A DNA stretch of 20,000 nucleotides from an uncultured virus (IMG/VR IMGVR_UViG_3300020379_000824) (taxonomy: Duplodnaviria; Heunggongvirae; Uroviricota; Caudoviricetes): the IMG/VR virus record IMGVR_UViG_3300020379_000824, positions 54,444-74,443 of that record; one strand, 5' to 3'. The notes beneath the pieces were generated by a model. The model was not told the origin of the DNA, did not search any database, and worked only from the letters and a program-made list of their open reading frames with translations. Made by a program: the position numbers and the translations under genes. Shown here in pieces: positions 1 to 7,800 of the stretch (position 1 is its first letter; each line of letters starts with the position of its first letter).

Positions 1-770
1 TAAGGTAATCTACATGCCCATGCTCTATCATTTGCTAAGTGTTTTTCAAAGTTCATAAAGTGTGAACCCATCCAACCTTCTAGCATAATAGATGCAAAAC
101 CTGTACAATCAATATACAAGTCACTGTTTAACTTAGTTCCGTCTGCACATAATACTTGTGTAACGTAACTGTTTGTATTGTCTTTCATATGGGAATGTAC
201 TTCGCCATACATATGTTTTACACCGTTAGGAATAGCAATTTTATCTTTTAAGTATTGACCAAATGCTGCTGCATCTAAATGATATGCAGTATCCCAATCA
301 AAATTAAAGTTTCTTAAAACACCATCTTCGTTTTTAGTTTGCTTGTTTTGTTCAGCAAGTAATGTATTACCTGTACAAAAGAATCTTGCAAATTCTTCTG
401 GAGTATATTGTTCAGGTTTTAGTGCTGCTAACTGTCTCCAGTTTTCCATGCCACCTGGCTTATCAGTATAATCGAATCCATCACTAAACGGATATTGAAA
501 TACTTCGCCTTTATTTTCTCTAAAGTTTGTAAATTGAATTGAGTTTTTATATGTTGCGTTACATGCTGGCATCCAATCTTCATCTTTAAGATCAAGCATT
601 TGAAGATATCTATTAATATGTCCTAATGTACTTTCACCTACGCCAACTGTGCCAATTGTTTTAGATTCAATTAATGTAATATCTAAGTGTGGGCAACATT
701 TAGAAAGTGCTGCTGCTGTCATCCAACCGGAAGAGCCGCCTCCAACAATTGTTACTGTTTTAATTTTCAT
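1..770 (-). CDS. Flavin-dependent halogenase, tryptophan halogenase (PrnA/RebH) family; 3' end beyond window
   Basis: Not in the ORF track because there is no stop in the window. Manual translation from ATG at 770: MKIKTVTIVGGGSSGWMTAAALSKCCPHLDITLIESKTIGTVGVGESTLGHINRYL...WMPACNATYKNSIQFTNF...DTAYHLDAAAFGQYLK...DLYIDCTGFASIML...ANDRAWACRLP. Contains the FAD-binding GxGxxG, the VGVGEST motif, Lys75 (546-548) at the PrnA K79 catalytic position, and the AYHLDA and DLxIDCxG motifs. AGGA SD upstream (777-780). Confidence 0.93.
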   Translation of the reverse strand, partial: MKIKTVTIVGGGSSGWMTAAALSKCCPHLDITLIESKTIGTVGVGESTLGHINRYLQMLDLKDEDWMPACNATYKNSIQFTNFRENKGEVFQYPFSDGFDYTDKPGGMENWRQLAALKPEQYTPEEFARFFCTGNTLLAEQNKQTKNEDGVLRNFNFDWDTAYHLDAAAFGQYLKDKIAIPNGVKHMYGEVHSHMKDNTNSYVTQVLCADGTKLNSDLYIDCTGFASIMLEGWMGSHFMNFEKHLANDRAWACRLP

Positions 771-807
771 ATCTTTTCCTTTGGTGTATTTTATAATATA
801 CTACTAT

Positions 808-815
808 TATTTATC
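808..815 (-). promoter_or_regulatory. T4-like late promoter motif (GATAAATA) upstream of the halogenase
   Basis: Minus strand reads GGATAAATAATAG between the terminator and the halogenase RBS. It matches the ATAAATA core of the T4 gp55 consensus TATAAATA. Confidence 0.55.
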
Positions 816-833
816 CTATGGTAGAGAGGGCAG

Positions 834-862
834 AAATAAAAAAAGGCTCCGAAGAGCCTTTT
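834..862 (-). terminator. Rho-independent terminator with C(UUCG)G tetraloop
   Basis: Minus strand: AAAAGGCTC-TTCG-GAGCCTTTT then TTTATTT. Perfect 9-bp stem (841-849/854-862) with a U-tract, about 25 nt after the stop of 887..1402. UUCG loops are typical of T4-like phage terminators. A T-run on the plus side could make it bidirectional. Confidence 0.9.
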
Positions 863-886
863 AATATTTGGAGTATACTTACGTTT

Positions 887-1402
887 TTACTGGTTAATGC
901 CTGGAACTGGATCGTTTGATTTATCAGTCCAACCGCTGTATCTTTTCCAAGCTGGTAAGTCCGAAGTGCTTGAATTACATGGCTTATTTTCGCTTGGTTC
1001 TGTAGTATTTCTTCTAACCATTGCTTCTTCTTCAGTGATTAGTTCTGGTGCTGCTGGTGCTGGAATCATTGATTTTACTGTAGAAATGTGTGATGCCCAC
1101 GGTCCTGAAGCAGAAATACTTCCTGATTCTTGAACTTCGTGGAAAATCATATCTAACTGTTCACCAACTTCACCATAAGCAACTCTACGTGCTTCTGAAT
1201 CTTGTGTGTATGGGCCGTCTCTTTCTACCCAAATCATTTGCTGTTGTTGTGGGGACCATTCTAATGTCCAATCTAAAGTGATCTCATCTGGAGCATCTAC
1301 CCACTGGATTGATGCGTCAGGACCATTGTAGATTTCAAATTCTTCGCCGGGCTCTCTAATGTCTTGAACCCAACCTTGATATCCTATAAGTGCTTTTTTC
1401 AT
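887..1402 (-). CDS. Tail fibre assembly/chaperone-like protein (171 aa)
   Basis: Contains RRVAYGEVGEQLDMIFHE...GPWASHISTVKSMIP, the R..AY....QLD...H....W...I..VK...P pattern I associate with small proteins encoded after phage fibre genes. Lies directly downstream of three fibre genes, with an AGGAG SD. Confidence 0.6.
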   Translation of the reverse strand: MKKALIGYQGWVQDIREPGEEFEIYNGPDASIQWVDAPDEITLDWTLEWSPQQQQMIWVERDGPYTQDSEARRVAYGEVGEQLDMIFHEVQESGSISASGPWASHISTVKSMIPAPAAPELITEEEAMVRRNTTEPSENKPCNSSTSDLPAWKRYSGWTDKSNDPVPGINQ

Positions 1403-1427
1403 GGTTTAATATACTCCTATTGTCTTT

Positions 1428-1434
1428 TATTTAT
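1428..1434 (-). promoter_or_regulatory. Late promoter-like ATAAATA overlapping the tandem TAA TAA stop of 1434..2288
   Basis: Minus strand TAATAAATAAAAGACAATAGGAG, about 25 nt upstream of the 171-aa gene start. Could also arise by chance from the tandem stops in AT-rich DNA. Confidence 0.4.
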
Positions 1435-2288
1435 TACTTATATTCCTCAACGACTACAATACCTGGTCTTCCGTCTGAACCTCTATGTCCATGGAAATAC
1501 CCGCCTGTACCACCTGTACCCGGCGCACTGTGTCCTTGATGATTGTGTGCAAAGTGTCCACCCTGTGGATGCCCTGACGGTGCTGCACCACCGAAATATG
1601 TTGATCCACCTGGACCAAACGAGTGGTGATGACAACCACCTCCACCTTGGTGAATATTTAAGTTTCCGCCATTACCGTTTCCACTTACACCACCTGAGTG
1701 TTGGTTTTGTCTGTTAGCCCCATGTCCACCGCCTGCTGACATATAAGGCCCAAAACTAGTTGTGTTACCATTACCACCAGCACCAGAGTAATAAGTACCT
1801 CCGCCACCGCCACCAATTGTAATACCAACTGAGCTGATTCCTGTTACATCCATTATTCTTTCTGAGTATCCACCAGCGCCGCCTGACTCTCCGTGACCAC
1901 TTGCGCCACCGCCTCCGCCAACTAGTTTAACTCTAATGTATCTTACGCCACTTGGTCTGTTCCAAGTACCGTTACCTGTAAAAACTTGAATACCTGAGAA
2001 ACCTTCGTTTCTATATTCTAATGCGTTACCTGAAGAGTTTGCAGAAAGAATAGTATTATTTCCTCCAACACTTGTAAGTCCTGTACCACCTCCACTTACT
2101 GGAACTGTACCTGTAACTACATTTGAACCTAAGTTAACTGCACCGTCTGCTAATTTGTTTGCATCAACAGCACCTGATGCAATGTCGTCTGCTGCAACTG
2201 CGCCTGCTGCTATCTTTGATCCTGTTAGAGTTGCATCAATAAATGCATCACCTGTGTACTGCTTTAGTGTTTGATAGTTAAATGCCAT
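1434..2288 (-). CDS. Glycine/histidine-rich tail fibre tip / adhesin-like protein, paralogue 3 (284 aa)
   Basis: N-terminal KIAAGAV/DIASGAV/KLADGAV fibre repeats and a GTVPVSGGGTG motif, then a Gly-rich domain (FTGNGTWNRPSGVRYIRVKLVGGGGG...GRPGIVVVEEY) typical of phage Gly-rich receptor-binding domains. Start is 1 nt after the upstream stop. Confidence 0.8.
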   Translation of the reverse strand: MAFNYQTLKQYTGDAFIDATLTGSKIAAGAVAADDIASGAVDANKLADGAVNLGSNVVTGTVPVSGGGTGLTSVGGNNTILSANSSGNALEYRNEGFSGIQVFTGNGTWNRPSGVRYIRVKLVGGGGGASGHGESGGAGGYSERIMDVTGISSVGITIGGGGGGTYYSGAGGNGNTTSFGPYMSAGGGHGANRQNQHSGGVSGNGNGGNLNIHQGGGGCHHHSFGPGGSTYFGGAAPSGHPQGGHFAHNHQGHSAPGTGGTGGYFHGHRGSDGRPGIVVVEEYK

Positions 2289-2289
2289 T

Positions 2290-3147
2290 TTAATAGAACT
2301 CCGTTACAATTATGATTCCCGGTCTACCGTCAGCACCTCTGTGTCCACTAAAGTATCCTGATGTTCCACCTGTTCCTGGTGAACTATGTCCTTGGTGGTT
2401 ATGTGCAAAGTGTCCACCTTGTGGGTGTCCTGATGGACCTGGTCCACCAAAGAAACTAGCACCACCCATTCCTGCTGAACGTTGTTCGTGACTTCCGCCT
2501 GCACCACAATAGATGTTTAGGTTACCACCTGATCCAACACCAGGTAATCCGCCATTATGTTGATTATGTCTATTAGCACCGTGTCCGCCACCAGCTGATA
2601 AGTATGGACCAAAACTTGATCCACTTCCGTTACCGGCAGCACCAGAGTAGTATGTACCACCACCTCCACCGCCAACATTACAGCTCACTGAGCTAATACT
2701 TGTTACGTCAAGTACTCTTTCTGAATATCCACCTGCTGCTCCTGATTCACCATGTCCTGAACCACCGCCGCCTCCGGCTTGTACTTGTACTAAAATATAT
2801 CGTACGCCACTTGGTTTGTTCCAAGTACCTGTACTTGTATAAACACTCATACCTCTAATACCTGTTGGTGTAAAGGTTAAGTTGTTATTACTTGAATTCA
2901 TTGTTAGTGCTTGGTATGCTCCACCAACACTAGTTTGTCCTGTACCACCTTTATTAAATGCCGCTGTACCAGAAACTACACTACCGCCTAAGTTAACAGC
3001 ACCAGCTGCCATCTTATCACTAGTAATAGCACCGTTCGCTAATTTTGCATTTGTAACTGAATCTGTGCCTAAATCTGCACCAGTAACTGTAGCACCATCT
3101 AAGGAGGTATTTGTTAAATTTTTCAGTGTTTGATAATTAAATGCCAT
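2290..3147 (-). CDS. Glycine/histidine-rich tail fibre tip / adhesin-like protein, paralogue 2 (285 aa)
   Basis: Same architecture as its neighbours: MAFNYQTLK start, KLANGAI/KMAAGAV repeats, PSGVRYI..GGGGSGHGE, HPQGGHFAHNHQGH, GRPGIIIVTEFY. Confidence 0.8.
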   Translation of the reverse strand: MAFNYQTLKNLTNTSLDGATVTGADLGTDSVTNAKLANGAITSDKMAAGAVNLGGSVVSGTAAFNKGGTGQTSVGGAYQALTMNSSNNNLTFTPTGIRGMSVYTSTGTWNKPSGVRYILVQVQAGGGGGSGHGESGAAGGYSERVLDVTSISSVSCNVGGGGGGTYYSGAAGNGSGSSFGPYLSAGGGHGANRHNQHNGGLPGVGSGGNLNIYCGAGGSHEQRSAGMGGASFFGGPGPSGHPQGGHFAHNHQGHSSPGTGGTSGYFSGHRGADGRPGIIIVTEFY

Positions 3148-3162
3148 TCTCTCTCATACTCC

Positions 3163-4014
3163 TTAATAGTAGTTAGTCACAATAATCATGCCAGGTCTAC
3201 CATCTGAACCCCTATGTCCATGGAAGTGAGCTCCTGCTCCGCCTGAACCTTGTGTACAATGATTTTGATGATTGTGTGCAAAGTGTCCACCTTGTGGGTG
3301 ATTACCTGGAGCACCTCCACCAAAGTATGTGTTTGCTGTACTCTGAGCACTATAAGCGTGGTGACTAAATCCGCCACCTGTATGGATATTCAAGTTACCA
3401 CCTGATCCATTTCCGCTAACTCCACCACTGTGTTGGTTTTGTCTGTTTGCTCCGTGTCCACCACTTGCACTTACATATGGACCAAAACTAGAACCATTAC
3501 CATTACCACCAGCACCGGAGTAGTATGTACCACCACCTCCACCACCAATGCTAACTGAAACTGAACTAATTCCTGTTACATCAATAAATTTTTCTGCATA
3601 TCCGCCAGCAGCACCACCTTCTCCGTGGCCGCTTCCGCCACCACCAGCACCTTGTACTTGTACTCTAATGTATCGTACACCACTTGGTCTACTCCATGTA
3701 CTATTACCTGTATAAACATTCATACTTGCAATACCATGTTGATCAGTAGTTAGTGCTGAGCCTGTGCTTCTTACAGCTCTATATGCTCCGCTACCACTGT
3801 TAATACCTAGACCACCTTGTGCAACTGATAATGCACCTGTTGCTTTAGCACTTCCAAGATCAACAGCACCTGTTGCCATTTCGTCAGACCCAACGGCTCC
3901 GGTAGCAATGTTTGTTCCTGTTACAGTTGTATTCGCTAAGTCTGCCTGAGCTAGACTACCGTCCACAATTGCAGCCCCTGTAACTTTTTTCAAACTTTGA
4001 TAATCAAATGCCAT
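3163..4014 (-). CDS. Glycine/histidine-rich tail fibre tip / adhesin-like protein, paralogue 1 (283 aa)
   Basis: MAFDYQSLK start, NIATGAV/EMATGAV repeats, and a Gly-rich domain collinear with the other two copies. AGGAG SD. Confidence 0.8.
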   Translation of the reverse strand: MAFDYQSLKKVTGAAIVDGSLAQADLANTTVTGTNIATGAVGSDEMATGAVDLGSAKATGALSVAQGGLGINSGSGAYRAVRSTGSALTTDQHGIASMNVYTGNSTWSRPSGVRYIRVQVQGAGGGGSGHGEGGAAGGYAEKFIDVTGISSVSVSIGGGGGGTYYSGAGGNGNGSSFGPYVSASGGHGANRQNQHSGGVSGNGSGGNLNIHTGGGFSHHAYSAQSTANTYFGGGAPGNHPQGGHFAHNHQNHCTQGSGGAGAHFHGHRGSDGRPGMIIVTNYY

Positions 4015-4031
4015 TTTCTTCTATGCTCCTG

Positions 4032-4490
4032 TTAAATTGATGCTACTAACCAACCACTTGCTTCGTCAGTGTACTCTAGTGTAAATGATGCACCATTAGT
4101 ACTTACAGTCATATTGTCGCTTGTACGCATAATTTTTTTACCGTTGGCTCCAACTGTTAAGTTATTACTACCAAATGTTCCTGAGTAATCTTGAAACTTA
4201 ACTGTATCACCTTCGACTGGAGAACCCGGTAATGTTACCGTAACTGGTCCGCCTGCACTGTTAACAATATAGAATGTATTTGACATAGCTGCTGTTGCAG
4301 ATGTAATTACTACTCTCGGTAATTCTCCAACTACGTGCCATTGTACCGCGTTATGGTTATAAATTTCTAAAATATTTTTAGAAGTATTATAATATAAAGC
4401 ACCAGAGTTAGCACTAGGAGGGCGTTGAGCAGTAGTGCCAGATGCAATAACTGGCTGATCGTTAAGTCCTTGTCCTACTATTCTTCCCAT
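4032..4490 (-). CDS. Virion/tail fibre connector protein with QRP (Mtd-N-like) motif and T4 gp9/gp10/gp34-like beta-sandwich (152 aa)
   Basis: SGTTAQRP...GALYYNT...LEIY...W followed by VTLPGSPVEGDTVKFQDYSGTFGSNNLTV..NG..I...L.Y....GW, resembling the repeat in T4 gp34/gp9-type proteins. AAGGAG SD overlaps the upstream stop. Confidence 0.6.
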   Translation of the reverse strand: MGRIVGQGLNDQPVIASGTTAQRPPSANSGALYYNTSKNILEIYNHNAVQWHVVGELPRVVITSATAAMSNTFYIVNSAGGPVTVTLPGSPVEGDTVKFQDYSGTFGSNNLTVGANGKKIMRTSDNMTVSTNGASFTLEYTDEASGWLVASI

Positions 4491-4502
4491 GTTTATCTCT
4501 CC

Positions 4503-4823
4503 TTATGCTGTTGAAGTTTCAATACCTAAGCACACAGCTGATACGTTAATTGCGTTTGATCTTACAACAACGACCTTAGATGCGTCAAGCACTATACCTG
4601 TTCTTTCTAGTACACCGTTTGCAGAAATTTGAGAATCATATTCAATATAATCTGCGTCTGCTGGTGTTCCAGATGAACTAACTGCTATCCTTACTGTTGC
4701 AGCACTTGAAGACCTATTACAGATATTTACCGTTACTACGCTAAAGTGATCTGCAGGTACTGTGTATAGGGTAGTATCAGTAGCCGCTGCAAGGTCTGCT
4801 GTCCCTAAAATTCCTGTTGCCAT
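4503..4823 (-). CDS. Small all-beta virion structural protein (106 aa)
   Basis: TTLYTVPA..S.VTVNICN....TVRIAV...IEYD..I.ANG.LE..GIVL...V.V.S pattern typical of small structural proteins in phage fibre clusters. GGAG SD. Distantly similar to 18722..19054. Confidence 0.65.
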   Translation of the reverse strand: MATGILGTADLAAATDTTLYTVPADHFSVVTVNICNRSSSAATVRIAVSSSGTPADADYIEYDSQISANGVLERTGIVLDASKVVVVRSNAINVSAVCLGIETSTA

Positions 4824-4848
4824 TTTCTTTTTCTCCGTTTATATATTT

Positions 4849-7800
4849 CTAGTTTAAGAAGTACGACCAAGCAATTGGTAGTCCTCTAACTCCACCTTTG
4901 AAATTCATGTTAGCATTAACTTGAATTGGCGCTTGTGTAGTTGTAGTTATTTGTGTTCCAGCAATATAAATTGCACCTGCTGTAACACTATTTACGTTAA
5001 GTGATGCACCACCGCCACCAATTTGTGAACTGATGTAAGCCTTAATAGCTCTTTGTGTTGGTACAACACTATCACTATCTGCTGTGAAGAATGGGTCTGT
5101 ACTAAATTCTTCAATTGAAGCAGATCCTCCACCTAGCGTAACTTCACCAAGTGTAAGTTCTTGTAGTCCTGCAATGTTAAATGCATCAGCATTCAATGTT
5201 GCAACACCAGTTGACTGTTCAACACTAAACAATCCACCAACTCTAAAGTTACCATCTTGGTCAGTTGCTGTGTAGAATACTCTACCACCAGCACGTTCCC
5301 TAGTTTCGTTAGCTTGTATTGGATCTTGTGTTGGAAGTCCTGGATAGTTGGTTTCAGTAAAGTTACCTGTACCAATATCTAGGAAGTCGTGTCCTGTTAA
5401 ACGTACCTGCGAGTACTTAATTCTAGTTGTTACACTAGTACCGTGTGCAGGAACATTAATAACTTTCATGTCCGGTGATATTTGTAAGAAACATGTGTAC
5501 GCACCTGGGTTTGTACCAAGTTGTGTTACAATGTTAACAAGTTTAAATGTTTCATTTGGTAAATGTCCAAACACAACATTTGATCCTGTTACCGGAATAT
5601 CTGTAAGTTGTCTAACAGCAATGAACGTACCGCTTTGGAAGAAGTCAGCAAATCCATCACCACCTACTAAGTCAGCGGAAGCTGAAACATATCCAGTTCC
5701 TCTGCTAATAAATGTTGGGTTAGCTAACACACCATTACCAATTCTAACTACAAATGGTACAGCGTAAATTTCACTTGGGTCAGTAATTGTTAGTGTTGGA
5801 ACACTATCGTATCCTGATCCAGGCTCTAATATTCTAACTGAAAAGATCTTGTTCTGTGCAACAAATGTTCTTGCTCTAGCAGTAACACCTAGTCTTGATC
5901 TTGAAGCAATTGCTCCTGATACAACTGGTATTGTTACCCAGTAACCTTTTCTATCTGATACACCAAATCCACATGCTTGGTAACCTTCACCTACTTGGTC
6001 TCCAGTTACACCTTCTAGTGATTTCCATGTCCAGTTAAATCCGTCTTGCGATGTAGCAACATCGTTAAAGCCGTCTAGTCCATCAATATATGCTGTAGCA
6101 ACAAACTGCCCTTGTCCGTATTCAACTCTTTGCAATCCTGAAACTGCTGTTGAGTCTGGAGCACCCATTGGCATCGCTACCCATGTTGCGCCATCTAACG
6201 ACATAGCACCTGTGTTTGTATCACTTGCAACTGCAACAAAGTGTCCGTTACCCCATGAAACATCTGTCCAAGCACTACTTGCTGGAAGTGTTGATGCTGT
6301 CCAAGTTACAGCGTCAGTTGAATATTCAACTGTATTTGAACTTGGTTTAATTGCTACAAACAATCCTTTACCGTATACAATTCTTGTATGTCCAGTGTTG
6401 TTAAGTGTTCCTGTAATATCCCACTCAACACCATCTAATGAAATAGCAACTGTAGCTGATCCTGCTTGTACTGCAACAAACTTGCCTTCGCCATATGTAA
6501 CATCAGTCCATGTTCCACTTGATGGCATAGTAGCAGTTGACCATGTAACACCGTCATCGGAGTATGCTGCTGTTGCACTACCTGTTGCTACTGCAACAAA
6601 TCTACTTTGCAATGCTACAGTTGATCCATCGTCGATCATTCCGTGTGCTATTGATGTCCAGTTAGCATTTGGCATAACGTTTGCTGTCCAAGTTTTACCA
6701 TCAGTACTGTAAGCACCTGCTGCTGCACTTGATTTAACAGCTACCCATACACCTTCTTGAGCTTGTCCTGCTGTTTCAATTTCTAAAATTACACCGTTAG
6801 CATCTACTGACACAACTGTTACTGTAATATCGTTTGTGGTTGCTGCGCCGCCTACATTGTTACCAGCAATAGTAAATGTATCGTAACGTGTATATTTTGT
6901 TCCGCCACTTACAATTGTTGTAATGTATTTTCCACCGTTTTTAACAACTTGGAAACTAGCACCTGAACCACCACTGTTATTATATGTTGCACTTGGTAAG
7001 TAAACTCCTGTGCGTCCGCCATGCAATACATCTTGCCATGCACCACTTGTAGGAAGTGTTACACCTTCTGAACTATCAGTTGGAGCACTAAATACCGCTC
7101 TTGGTTCAACTGTGTATGTTGATGAAGCATCCGGAGCAACAATTGCTGTACCAGCTACAATGTGATCAAATCCAGCTGCGCCTGTTGACTCTTTAGTAAC
7201 TCCTGCAATTTTAGTACCACTGTTATATGAAGCAATAATACCGTACTGTCCAACACCAGCACCACCTGTAACATTAACTCTCATACCAAGGTATGCTGAA
7301 CTAATCTCTGCGTCTGTTGCAGCAAGTGTAATGCTTGTTGAAGAACCAGCCTGTGCAGTGTTTGAGTTAGTAATATAACCAAATCCACCGAAGTTACCAT
7401 CTGCTTCTGGAGCATTAGTACTATCGTCTACGTTATCTTGTAGGAAAATTTGGTGTACACCGCCATCTCTAAATTCATCTGGCTCTGCTGTTGCACCTGT
7501 ACCAGCACCTGAAATTAACCAACTTGCGTTAGTGTATTCGTTACCAGCATTATTAAATTCAAATGCGTAAACTTCTTGTGCGTTATCAGTTTGTACACTT
7601 CCAACTGTTGCTTCAAATTGGAATTTGTTATCAACAATTGCAGTGTTTGGAGTTTCAGTCGAATCAAATCCTTCTGCTACTGAACCAAAGTCACCGTAAG
7701 AGTTGTTACCGTTTGTACCTCTAATTCTACCACCGTTTTCTGACAAGTAACCTACGTGTGAGTAATATGTAAACACTGATACAAGCTCTGCTCTACCATT

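Noticed and set aside
649..864. Plus-strand 71-aa ORF
   Set aside because: Antisense shadow of the halogenase N-terminus, promoter and terminator; no coding features.
1563..1571. HPQ streptavidin-binding tripeptide in all three tips
   Set aside because: A three-residue coincidence within a larger His motif; no biological rationale.
1434..3700. Collagen-like triple helix in the Gly-rich proteins
   Set aside because: Glycines occur in runs (GGGGGG, GxGG), not in sustained Gly-X-Y periodicity.
1434..4014. Diversity-generating retroelement (TR/VR) explanation for the repeats
   Set aside because: All three copies are full-length intact genes, the differences I inspected are not confined to adenines, and there is no reverse transcriptase or non-coding template repeat in the window.
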